Of a stretch of 49,043 bases of DNA, positions 18,083 through 26,495 are shown piece by piece. The translations under genes were made by a program, and so were the position numbers. The stretch's first letter is position 1, and the number at the start of each line of letters is the position of its first letter. The DNA is from a virus (taxonomy: Duplodnaviria; Caudoviricetes), in IMG/VR virus record IMGVR_UViG_3300033148_004867, positions 1 to 49,043 of that record; one strand, written 5' to 3'. The notes under the pieces were generated by a model that had not been told where the DNA came from, made no database searches, and saw only the letters and a program-made list of their open reading frames with translations.

Positions 18083-18907
18083 ATGAGTCAAAATGTTACT
18101 TATAAAACAGCAGAAACAACCCCGTCAGGTGGGCCAAGTCCTATTATTTGGGCTGACTGTCCTGTAATTACTTTTGAGAAAGACCCAGGAAAAGGCATCC
18201 ATATTATGGAAGATTTCCTGTCTGGAGTCATTGCAGACGATACCAGACCGAGTCCTTACTTTACATTAGTAGGTACAAACCCAGATATTGATGGTGTTAG
18301 TGATGAAGTTGGTGGAGTAGTAGAAATAGAGGGGAGCGGTGCTGGCGATGATGAGGCATATCTCGTTAGTAATATCCTCTATGAATTGAAAAAGAACAAT
18401 CGTAAGAAAATGTGGTTCGAGGCTAAGATAAAAGTTGAAGATGCAGACGATGACAGCTGTATTATCTGTGGCTTAGGTGAGAAGTCTCTTTTAGCTGCTG
18501 ATGCTATGGCAGACGATGATACTGGCAGTACTACATTAAACGACTATGACTTTATCGGCTTTCATGCTGGTTGCGATGGTACTAACATGGACGACATCGA
18601 TTGTGTTTATCATGAGGACGGCGACGGGGGCACGGTTACCAGAGTTGATGAAGCTGTGGGCCTTACAGCCGGAACTACTACTTATGACGATACGTACATC
18701 CAACTCGGTATGTATTTTGACGGCTTGAAAACCGTTACATTTTATGTAGACGGCGTAGCTGTCGATACTACACTTGACATTGATGATTTTGCAACTAATA
18801 CTGCAGATGAGCTTGACCCACTCGGTATTATCGTTGGCATTAAAAATCTTGCAGGCACTGCCTCTTTTATGGCAATTGACTGGATTAGATTTGCTTGCGA
18901 AAGGTAA
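18083..18907 (+). CDS. Probable capsid decoration/minor virion protein (lectin-like beta sandwich)
   Basis: WFEAKI, FYVDG, IDWIR strands; acidic; paralog of 21715-22872. Confidence 0.6.
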   Translation: MSQNVTYKTAETTPSGGPSPIIWADCPVITFEKDPGKGIHIMEDFLSGVIADDTRPSPYFTLVGTNPDIDGVSDEVGGVVEIEGSGAGDDEAYLVSNILYELKKNNRKKMWFEAKIKVEDADDDSCIICGLGEKSLLAADAMADDDTGSTTLNDYDFIGFHAGCDGTNMDDIDCVYHEDGDGGTVTRVDEAVGLTAGTTTYDDTYIQLGMYFDGLKTVTFYVDGVAVDTTLDIDDFATNTADELDPLGIIVGIKNLAGTASFMAIDWIRFACER

Positions 18908-18928
18908 TTTATAGTTTATAGTTTATAG

Positions 18929-18988
18929 TTTATAAGGTCCGGCCTTGCTTCTCTTCAACAAAGGTAAAGCGGGCCGGGCCGTTATAAA
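18929..18988 (+). terminator. Long intergenic hairpin preceded by (TTTATAG)x3
   Basis: TTATAAGGTCCGGCCTTGCTT...AAGCGGGCCGGGCCGTTATAA. Confidence 0.5.
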
Positions 18989-19022
18989 CATCAAATTTTA
19001 AATCTGAGTTGAAGGGAAAATT

Positions 19023-19403
19023 ATGAAAGAAAAAAGATTTAAATTAGATTTAAGTGCGTATACTATCACTATAAATGTACGCAAAGAAGGACAGAAAGAA
19101 CTTGTCGAGGAAGTAATTGATTACCCGATTCGTAGTAATTTATCAGTATGGCTAAGAATGGCTGGTATGTTCAGAAAAGCAGAAGATGTAGCTGAGGCTG
19201 TTAGCCTTGCTAAACAAATCCGAGATGCAGAAGAAGATTATGTTATTCTTGATGAAAGGGAAGCACAAATTTTGCGGTCGGTAATAGACCGATTACTTGA
19301 ATTGTCTGCTGATGGCCAAATGGGCGATAACCCGTTTGGTGGCGAATTACATGAAGAAGTTATCTGTCGTGTTGTTAATATGGAAGAAATAGAGGCAGGA
19401 TAA
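19023..19403 (+). CDS. Hypothetical protein
   Basis: AAGGG RBS; 126 aa. Confidence 0.7.
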   Translation: MKEKRFKLDLSAYTITINVRKEGQKELVEEVIDYPIRSNLSVWLRMAGMFRKAEDVAEAVSLAKQIRDAEEDYVILDEREAQILRSVIDRLLELSADGQMGDNPFGGELHEEVICRVVNMEEIEAG

Positions 19404-19412
19404 GGGGTAAAG

Positions 19413-19529
19413 ATGGCAGAAGAAGTACAAGAATTAAATCCAGTTGAAAAAGAGTTATTAGAAAAACAGGATGTTATTTTAATAGAAATTGAAAAGATTA
19501 AACAAAAATCAGAAGCACAAATTGGTTAA
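19413..19529 (+). CDS. 38-aa coiled-coil-like peptide (MAEEVQELNP...)
   Basis: Translated by hand; AAGGGG RBS; fills the gap. Confidence 0.55.
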   Translation: MAEEVQELNPVEKELLEKQDVILIEIEKIKQKSEAQIG

Positions 19530-19556
19530 AATTTAAAAAAGATTAAGGAATATAAC

Positions 19557-20135
19557 ATGGCACAGAAAAGTTATAAAGTTGGTTCAGCAATCGAGGTTGT
19601 TTATCAGACGTTAAATGCTGCCACTGGAAAAACGGTAAACATGGAAGTTTACGATGAAACACATACACTTGTTGCAGGTGGCCCAATAGTATTGACTGAA
19701 CTTGGAGCATCAGGTAGATATTATGGTACTTTTACTCCAGATGCTGCTGGAGAGTGGTCAGTACAAATTGAGGAAGCTGATGGGACAGGTAAAGTTGTAA
19801 AGGCATTTTCAGTTGGTACACACCATCTTCAGGATGTTGGGGCTAAAGTTGACACCATTGAAACAGCTACAAATAATCTTGCCACAGAAGTAGGGATTGT
19901 TGAAGGTAAGGTTGACACCATTGATGGTGAGATAAGTACTATTGATGGCAAAGTTAGTACAGTTGATTCTAAAGTTGATACAGTCGATTCTAAGGTTGAT
20001 ACAGTTGACGCTAAAGTTGTCGATTTGGATTCAGATGTAGCTGCTGTCGACGCTAAGATTGATAGCCTTGATTCAGATATTACATCAATTGATGGTAAAA
20101 TTGATGGGTTAACGAGTCCTCCTATGATTGGTTAA
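19557..20135 (+). CDS. Probable virion protein: Ig-like head plus heptad-repeat stalk
   Basis: ELG..G.YY.TF.P...GEW motif; repeated VDSKVDT heptads. Confidence 0.7.
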   Translation: MAQKSYKVGSAIEVVYQTLNAATGKTVNMEVYDETHTLVAGGPIVLTELGASGRYYGTFTPDAAGEWSVQIEEADGTGKVVKAFSVGTHHLQDVGAKVDTIETATNNLATEVGIVEGKVDTIDGEISTIDGKVSTVDSKVDTVDSKVDTVDAKVVDLDSDVAAVDAKIDSLDSDITSIDGKIDGLTSPPMIG

Positions 20136-20138
20136 TAA

Positions 20139-20429
20139 ATGCTTGAACCGTTTGTTACAGGTCAAAATCGAATTGTTTATCAAGCCGTAGCGTTTCAGGC
20201 TGGTATAAATGTAACAGCAGTCTTTAGAGACCCATTTTTAAATGAAGGGCCGCTTCAGCAATTTAAAGAATTAGGTGAAGGCTTATACTATCTTGATTTT
20301 GATTTTAATCAAGAAGGAACATGGATAGGACTATTTTTTGAAAACGGAGTGAAAAAAGGGTCGCAAGTTTATAAAGTAGCGACATTTGTACCTACAATTG
20401 TAACTTACAAAACGCGTAAGACGGGATAA
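20139..20429 (+). CDS. Stand-alone Ig-like paralog of the preceding gene's N-domain
   Basis: Shared IVYQ...ELG.G.YY..F....G.W. Confidence 0.65.
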   Translation: MLEPFVTGQNRIVYQAVAFQAGINVTAVFRDPFLNEGPLQQFKELGEGLYYLDFDFNQEGTWIGLFFENGVKKGSQVYKVATFVPTIVTYKTRKTG

Positions 20430-20438
20430 GAGGTAAAA

Positions 20439-21650
20439 ATGGCAGAACCAACAAGTGCATTAGGATTTTATGACCTGCTTTTACGGGTAGCGGAAAAAGT
20501 AGGTGTAGCTTACTATGGTAGTGATGGCCAAGGTAAAGCAATCGTACCAGTTGATAGCTTTAACCTGGATAAAATTAAACGAATTGTTAATGACGGTTTT
20601 CGGCGGTTTGTATCAAACCCACCACCTCGTGGTTGGTATTGGCAGGAACGTATTGCAGAGATAACACTATCTGCAACTGCAACTGGCACTGCTACTGGGG
20701 GAACCCCTACTACTCTTATTGACACTACGAACCGGGATGAAGATGATGACTATTTTAATGACTGGAAATTAACTATCACCGGCGGGACAGGTGTAGGAGA
20801 ATACGCCATAGTTACTGATTTTGATAGTGATAGCAGCACACTTACTTTTTCGGCTTTATCAGGCGGCTCTACACCCGACACTACTTCAGTCTATCAGATA
20901 GAAAAGGTCAACTTGTTGCCAGAAGATTTCGGTGGCGAGGTAGATGGCCCAATTACTTTTGCAGCCAGCACAAATCGTGGGGCTGATATTGAATGGGTCG
21001 GAGAAGCTACTATTCGTAGAAATCGGGCCGATTACGTTTCTACCGGCTACACATTAAGAGCAGCGGTTAGGCCTTATCGCCCAACAGCTGGGGCCTTAGG
21101 TGCTACAAGACGGTGGGAGTTACTTGTAGACCCCGCACCTGTAGCTGCTGATGTACTGCAATTTCCATATACATCACATTTTAATAAAATGGATTGCGAG
21201 ACAGGTACTGCTACCGCAGGGTCTGCTACTTCTCTTTCTGATTCTTCCAGAGAAGAGGCTGATGATTATTTTAATGGTTGGGTATTAACAATTATTGCTG
21301 GAACTGGTTTAGGTCAGACTGCAACGATTACTGATTATACTGGTAGTACTGGTAAATTTGATTTTTCAGCATTGTCTGGAGGTTCAACGCCGGATAGCAC
21401 GTCAGTTTATTATGTAGAGCCAGCGTCTAATTTACACCCGGCAGGTTTCAAATTTGATAATGCCATTCTTCAGGCATGTCTGGCGGAAGCTGAGTTACAG
21501 ATTGAGGAAATGAATGAGGGGGCGGTAGAGTTATTTTATAAAGTAGCTTTGCCATTTGCCCATAAAATTGATGACTTATCACGCCCACGAAAATTGCGTG
21601 GCAGACAAGTAAGACGTTATAGGTCGTGGAATGATGTAACATATAATTAA
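20439..21650 (+). CDS. Probable head-tail adaptor with two internal ~73-aa repeats
   Basis: IVNDGFRRF..W.W adaptor-like start; duplicated TGTAT.G..DDYFN.W.LTI..GTG.G..SALSGGSTPD.TSVY. Confidence 0.65.
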   Translation: MAEPTSALGFYDLLLRVAEKVGVAYYGSDGQGKAIVPVDSFNLDKIKRIVNDGFRRFVSNPPPRGWYWQERIAEITLSATATGTATGGTPTTLIDTTNRDEDDDYFNDWKLTITGGTGVGEYAIVTDFDSDSSTLTFSALSGGSTPDTTSVYQIEKVNLLPEDFGGEVDGPITFAASTNRGADIEWVGEATIRRNRADYVSTGYTLRAAVRPYRPTAGALGATRRWELLVDPAPVAADVLQFPYTSHFNKMDCETGTATAGSATSLSDSSREEADDYFNGWVLTIIAGTGLGQTATITDYTGSTGKFDFSALSGGSTPDSTSVYYVEPASNLHPAGFKFDNAILQACLAEAELQIEEMNEGAVELFYKVALPFAHKIDDLSRPRKLRGRQVRRYRSWNDVTYN

Positions 21651-21714
21651 TTAATTTTAAACCAGCCCTGATGGATTTGGGCAGTGCGGTCAATGGATGA
21701 CGGAAAGGAAGAAC

Positions 21715-22872
21715 ATGAGTAGAACAAGATTTAATTTAGCGTTTGACCTTCATAATATGGTTCCAGGGCCTGCTGGCTCGTCAACTCCTAAGACTATTTA
21801 TAAGTCTGATGACGGTATCATATTAGCCTACGGTACTTCTGCACCATCAGATGCAAGTAGCGGTTATGCTGAAGGTTGTGTGTTCGCTGTTGTTAATGGT
21901 AGTGGTGGAGCTACTTTGTATGTAAATGAGGGCAGTGCTACATCTTCTGATTTCAATCTTATAATTACAGAAGATAACATTAGTGCCCAGGCGGCTTCAC
22001 TTTTAGAAGCGGCTGATGTAGCTACCATCATCGGGACAGGTGCTTCATCTATAGACGCTGATGATGCCAACACGATAGTAGATTCTGGTATGCCACCCTC
22101 TGGTACTGCCGCTGGTGTAGGGCCGAGTCCGTTAATTTGGGACGACGCACCAGTATTAGATACTATTCTTAACCCACAATTGGGCACATATTATTTCACC
22201 GATTTTAAAGAATTCGGTGGGCTTTCGCTTGCTGCGAATGGTAGCGACGGTGGGCTAACACTTGTTGAGCGTACAGAAGGTACATTAGCTAATGACCCAA
22301 CTGTACCCGGTGGTATTGTAAATTTAAGTTCAGTTAATAATACCGCCGACCAAGGTGGGACTATGCAGATATTAGGTTGTCAGTGCGAGCCAGGAGACGG
22401 TACAACTATTCGTATGGAATGGCGATGTAAAGTAAGTGAGGATGGCGGGCAGTGTTTTATGGGTCTTGCTGAAGATGCTGTGTCTGCTATCGTAGATTCT
22501 GATGACGCTATAGTAACTAATAATCTTGCTGGATTTTATAGAGACGCTGGTACAGGCGATGCAGACTGGACTGTCGGTTGTGCTGATGGGTCCTCAGCAG
22601 ATGAAGCTGACGATAAAGCAACATCTGTTAAGACGACATATAATAAGTACGGCATTGTTATTTCTGGCAAGGGGGGCGTTGCTGGCTCGACTATTAAGTA
22701 TTACTTTAATGGAGCGTTAATACATACTATTACAGATGTTAATGACATACCGCTTCTTTTGATGTGCCCCCAGTTCCAAATGGATGGGGACGATACTGAT
22801 ATAGTAACGATGAGCATTGACTGGCTCAGAGTTCTTGTTAGCCATGCGACTGGTGCATGTAGAGAAAGTTAA
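21715..22872 (+). CDS. Virion protein with C-terminal lectin-like domain
   Basis: GPSPLIWDDAPV...IDWLR matches 18083-18907; N-terminal GT.AP..LYVNEG.AT motif. Confidence 0.6.
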   Translation: MSRTRFNLAFDLHNMVPGPAGSSTPKTIYKSDDGIILAYGTSAPSDASSGYAEGCVFAVVNGSGGATLYVNEGSATSSDFNLIITEDNISAQAASLLEAADVATIIGTGASSIDADDANTIVDSGMPPSGTAAGVGPSPLIWDDAPVLDTILNPQLGTYYFTDFKEFGGLSLAANGSDGGLTLVERTEGTLANDPTVPGGIVNLSSVNNTADQGGTMQILGCQCEPGDGTTIRMEWRCKVSEDGGQCFMGLAEDAVSAIVDSDDAIVTNNLAGFYRDAGTGDADWTVGCADGSSADEADDKATSVKTTYNKYGIVISGKGGVAGSTIKYYFNGALIHTITDVNDIPLLLMCPQFQMDGDDTDIVTMSIDWLRVLVSHATGACRES

Positions 22873-22887
22873 TGTTTATATAGTTTT

Positions 22888-22921
22888 GCTGGGGGCTTCA
22901 GGCCCCCGGCTTTCCTTTTTG
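22888..22921 (+). terminator. Rho-independent terminator
   Basis: GCTGGGGGC-TTCAG-GCCCCCGGC followed by TTTCCTTTTT. Confidence 0.8.
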
Positions 22922-22931
22922 AGGTTGTAAT

Positions 22932-23864
22932 ATGGCAACATATACATTGCAAGACTTTCATAGTTCAGGCCCATTTAATTGGGGTTTTACACTACCACAT
23001 GATATTGCAGGATATTATTTTACGCTGCGAGCACAAGTTTTTACCCCAAGTGAGAGTTACCTCCTTACTCGTGTAGGCATACCATTTTCTGCTTCTACAT
23101 ACCCAAATAGTTGTACCGTAGCAATTTTTTCTACGGTAGGTGGAATACCCTCTACTTTGCTAACTTCAGGAACAGTTACTATTTCTTCCGGTTCGTGGTG
23201 GGATTATGTTAACTTTTCCCAACCTGTTAATGTAGTTGCCGGAACACAATATGCGATAGTAAGTACATCTCCCGCTTTTGGGGAAACAGAAGTGCCTTAC
23301 GACTATGGTTCTTATGACTATGTCGCAGGAAGGTCGCTTTATTGGGACGCTAATAGTGCTAAATGGATAGATGTTTGGCCGTCGGGCTTTAACTATGACA
23401 TACATTTCAGAACATATTCATCTGAAGCCGCCGTAACATTAGAAAACCCAACAGAAAACGGTACAGGTTATTACTTAAATAAAGATTGGCTTCTTGAAAT
23501 GCGATGGAACGACCCCAATGGCAGTTCAATTGATAATCACACAGTTTATTTTAATGGTGTTCCACAAAATGATAGGTCAAGATACAGCATAACGGCGTAT
23601 AAAATGTATCTCGGTATAACCCTTGAATATAATACTACTTATGAATGGTTTGTCAGAAAAGATTTAGGCGGAGGAGAATATATTGATTCAGAAACCTGGC
23701 AATTTACAACAATGGACTATGTACCGCCCGCACATTCAACACGAACACGGCCACCTTATGGCGGTGGAGATGATATAGAAGTTCCAACAGGCGAAAATAA
23801 TATAATTACAGTAGAGCGTTTAATAGCCATAGCAGATAATAAATTTTTCTATGAAGATGTATAG
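22932..23864 (+). CDS. Probable virion receptor-binding protein (beta sandwich plus Fn3-like domain)
   Basis: AQVFTP..GTQYAIV..DIHFRTY; LEYNTTYEW.V..W.FTT. Confidence 0.6.
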   Translation: MATYTLQDFHSSGPFNWGFTLPHDIAGYYFTLRAQVFTPSESYLLTRVGIPFSASTYPNSCTVAIFSTVGGIPSTLLTSGTVTISSGSWWDYVNFSQPVNVVAGTQYAIVSTSPAFGETEVPYDYGSYDYVAGRSLYWDANSAKWIDVWPSGFNYDIHFRTYSSEAAVTLENPTENGTGYYLNKDWLLEMRWNDPNGSSIDNHTVYFNGVPQNDRSRYSITAYKMYLGITLEYNTTYEWFVRKDLGGGEYIDSETWQFTTMDYVPPAHSTRTRPPYGGGDDIEVPTGENNIITVERLIAIADNKFFYEDV

Positions 23865-23872
23865 GAGTAAAA

Positions 23873-24109
23873 ATGGGCAAATCAAGACGAGTTTATTTTC
23901 CATTGCTGGGTATAAATAAAGGGCGGGTAACTTCGCAGCAACCATTCGCTACGGCTTCACGAATGTCAAATGTACGATTGTTTGATGTTTTAGATAACCG
24001 GGCAAGAGGTGGTCAACGCCCCGGCCTTACGCCTTGGGGCAATGAGGACCAAGTTGGTGCGGCTGATAATCCAGTAGTCGCAATGTGCATAGTTTCTTCA
24101 ATAATGTAA
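23873..24109 (+). CDS. Small tail protein resembling a nozzle N-terminal segment
   Basis: AGGAG RBS; FP..GIN..QP..SNVR.FD..RGGQRPG. Confidence 0.55.
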   Translation: MGKSRRVYFPLLGINKGRVTSQQPFATASRMSNVRLFDVLDNRARGGQRPGLTPWGNEDQVGAADNPVVAMCIVSSIM

Positions 24110-24125
24110 TTATATAAAGGAAAAT

Positions 24126-25811
24126 ATGGCTATTACTATAACGCCCAAGGTTAATATAAAACGCCTCATAGCAATTGGTAATGATGAATTTTGGTGGGAG
24201 ACTGACGTGGCTGCGGGAGAAATGGTAGAATTAACTGCTGCAAATGGCGATATTGATACAACAGACCAGCTTAATGTGTTTGAAGCATTTCAAAAGGCTA
24301 TTGTAGTAAATGGGTCTAATTTAAAAATTGCCGATTTTAATAACGTTAAATTAACTATTACAGCTTTAACTGATGATAGATGCCCGGCAAAAGGAGACAT
24401 TCTTACACAAGACCAAGGGGACGGTAAATATGCCTATATGGTAGTAGATTATGTTAATACTGCCAGGACAAATATATACGGCTATGCTTATTATGCTGGT
24501 GGAGCTACTGCATTTCTTACTACTAAAGATATATCGAGTAATGACGCTACTGGAAGCATGGACCCGAATCCGATACCAAATGCAAATATCTCAGCAGTTA
24601 CTGCACCGCCGCATTGGTACGATTACTCGGCATATCCAGACGTTACTATAGACAGCACGGTAACTTCTTATGGGTCATTGCCGAATAAAGCGTATCTTGG
24701 TTGCCTCTATAATGGCCGAGTAGTTTTATCCGGCGACCCAGAGCATCCATTCCAATGGTATATGTCTCGACAAGCTAATATGTTTGACTTTGCTTACGTT
24801 GCTAATGACCCTGGGACACCAGTATATGGCGGAGCTTCTGACCTTGGCGAACTCGGAGATGTCATCCGATGTCTTGCCCCGTATAAAGACGAGTATCTTA
24901 TTCTTGGCTGCTCTAATAGTATATGGGTATTGTTCGGCGACCCTGCGGCTGGTGGAGTTATACGAGAATTATCATTAACAACTGGTATATTCGGGGCTAA
25001 ATCTTTTTGCTGGGACAATAATAATAATTTTTATTTCTTAGGCAATAATGGGCTTTATCGTACAACAGTTCCAGGCACTCCAGTATGTATTTCACAACTT
25101 AAATTACCCCGATTGATAAAAGATGAAGCAGCAAGCCCGCTAACACACCGGGTTATATTAACCTATGACGCTGAACGGCACGGCATATTAGTAACTATTA
25201 CTCTATTATCTGATGGTTCTAATAGTAATTATTGGTATGATTTGAATGCTCTCGATGAGCAGGGAATCGGTGGATTTTTTCCAGAAGTCTACCCTGATGA
25301 CTGCGGAGTTTTTTCTGCCCTTTATTATGACTCCAATACTGCCGCACATCGAAGTTTAATTCTTGGCTGTGCTGATGGATATATACGTAAGTTTGATGAT
25401 ACCGTTAAAAGTGATGTAGTAGGCCAGGACAGTAATGCTATTAACAGTTATGTATGCCTTGGCCCGATTGCTATGTCTCGCAGACCTCGAAGTGAAGGAT
25501 TGCTGGCTGGAGTAGATTTAACTGTAGCTGGTGGCGGGAGTGATGAAACCTATCAAAAAAATTCTGATGACGTAGATTTTAAAATATATACAGCAAAGAC
25601 ATCGGAACAAGTTTTAGAAAGACTGGCAGCAAATACAAACCCCAATTTTGCTGGCACATTTACAGGACCGGGGAATTTCCGTGGTTCTACACGGCGACAA
25701 ACGGCACGGGACGTTTACCTTGGTATTAGGTTACAAAATACCACTGTTGACGAGTCATGGGGGTTTGAAGATTTAATTATACATTTAAAAGATTCAGGGA
25801 GAAGTAAATAA
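24126..25811 (+). CDS. Tail nozzle (tubular protein B/P22 gp10-like beta propeller)
   Basis: YNGRVVLSG..P..WYMS, LILGCSNSIWVL.GDP, G.FG.KS, GLYR blades. Confidence 0.75.
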   Translation: MAITITPKVNIKRLIAIGNDEFWWETDVAAGEMVELTAANGDIDTTDQLNVFEAFQKAIVVNGSNLKIADFNNVKLTITALTDDRCPAKGDILTQDQGDGKYAYMVVDYVNTARTNIYGYAYYAGGATAFLTTKDISSNDATGSMDPNPIPNANISAVTAPPHWYDYSAYPDVTIDSTVTSYGSLPNKAYLGCLYNGRVVLSGDPEHPFQWYMSRQANMFDFAYVANDPGTPVYGGASDLGELGDVIRCLAPYKDEYLILGCSNSIWVLFGDPAAGGVIRELSLTTGIFGAKSFCWDNNNNFYFLGNNGLYRTTVPGTPVCISQLKLPRLIKDEAASPLTHRVILTYDAERHGILVTITLLSDGSNSNYWYDLNALDEQGIGGFFPEVYPDDCGVFSALYYDSNTAAHRSLILGCADGYIRKFDDTVKSDVVGQDSNAINSYVCLGPIAMSRRPRSEGLLAGVDLTVAGGGSDETYQKNSDDVDFKIYTAKTSEQVLERLAANTNPNFAGTFTGPGNFRGSTRRQTARDVYLGIRLQNTTVDESWGFEDLIIHLKDSGRSK

Positions 25812-26488
25812 TGGCTACACGGGTTACTACACAAACTTCAAAAACTGGGGTTAGTGCGGCCTCTATTAGAGAAATACGTAAACTTTTTGAAGAGGCTAAA
25901 AAAATGTTTGCCCCGGAAGGCGAATATATGGGCGGGATAGAAGCACAGGTTAGGCGTGGCGAAAAAAGGGCGGTAACCAGTGGAATGCAAGGTTTGGCTG
26001 CTGCCGGATTAGGCAGTACTTCAATGATGGGCGGCCTTGGGAAAAAATATCAAGAAGAAGTTGCCCAGCCAGCATTAGCACAGGCACAAACTACAAGGCT
26101 ATCCCACTTGGCAAATCTTTTACAATCACAAGCAAGTGCAGAAGCACAAATGGCTCCACGCTATACTACACAGCGTATTTATACCCCAGTACAGGAATCG
26201 CCATGGGCTATACCGAAACGGTCATCTACACAGAAGCTAAAGGTCCCGGCTGGTACATCTTCACAACCCACACCTGCCGCACTTACTGTACCTTCATTAA
26301 ATCTTGGGCCGTCTTTGAATAAGCCGATTCAATGGGACAAGCCCGTATCAAGTACTTATTATGGTGCAGGTTATGCCGCCCAGCAAAGAACAAAATCGGC
26401 CCCTAAATTAAGTTCTTATTATGATTTCAATGCACCTGCATCCGAGCCTAATTATCGTAGATTATTCAGCGGTCCTTATCTAAGCTAA
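25811..26488 (+). CDS. Probable internal virion/ejection protein
   Basis: TAATG coupling; Gly/Ala/Gln-rich (LAAAGLGSTSM). Confidence 0.55.
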   Translation: MATRVTTQTSKTGVSAASIREIRKLFEEAKKMFAPEGEYMGGIEAQVRRGEKRAVTSGMQGLAAAGLGSTSMMGGLGKKYQEEVAQPALAQAQTTRLSHLANLLQSQASAEAQMAPRYTTQRIYTPVQESPWAIPKRSSTQKLKVPAGTSSQPTPAALTVPSLNLGPSLNKPIQWDKPVSSTYYGAGYAAQQRTKSAPKLSSYYDFNAPASEPNYRRLFSGPYLS

Positions 26489-26495
26489 ATAAAAC

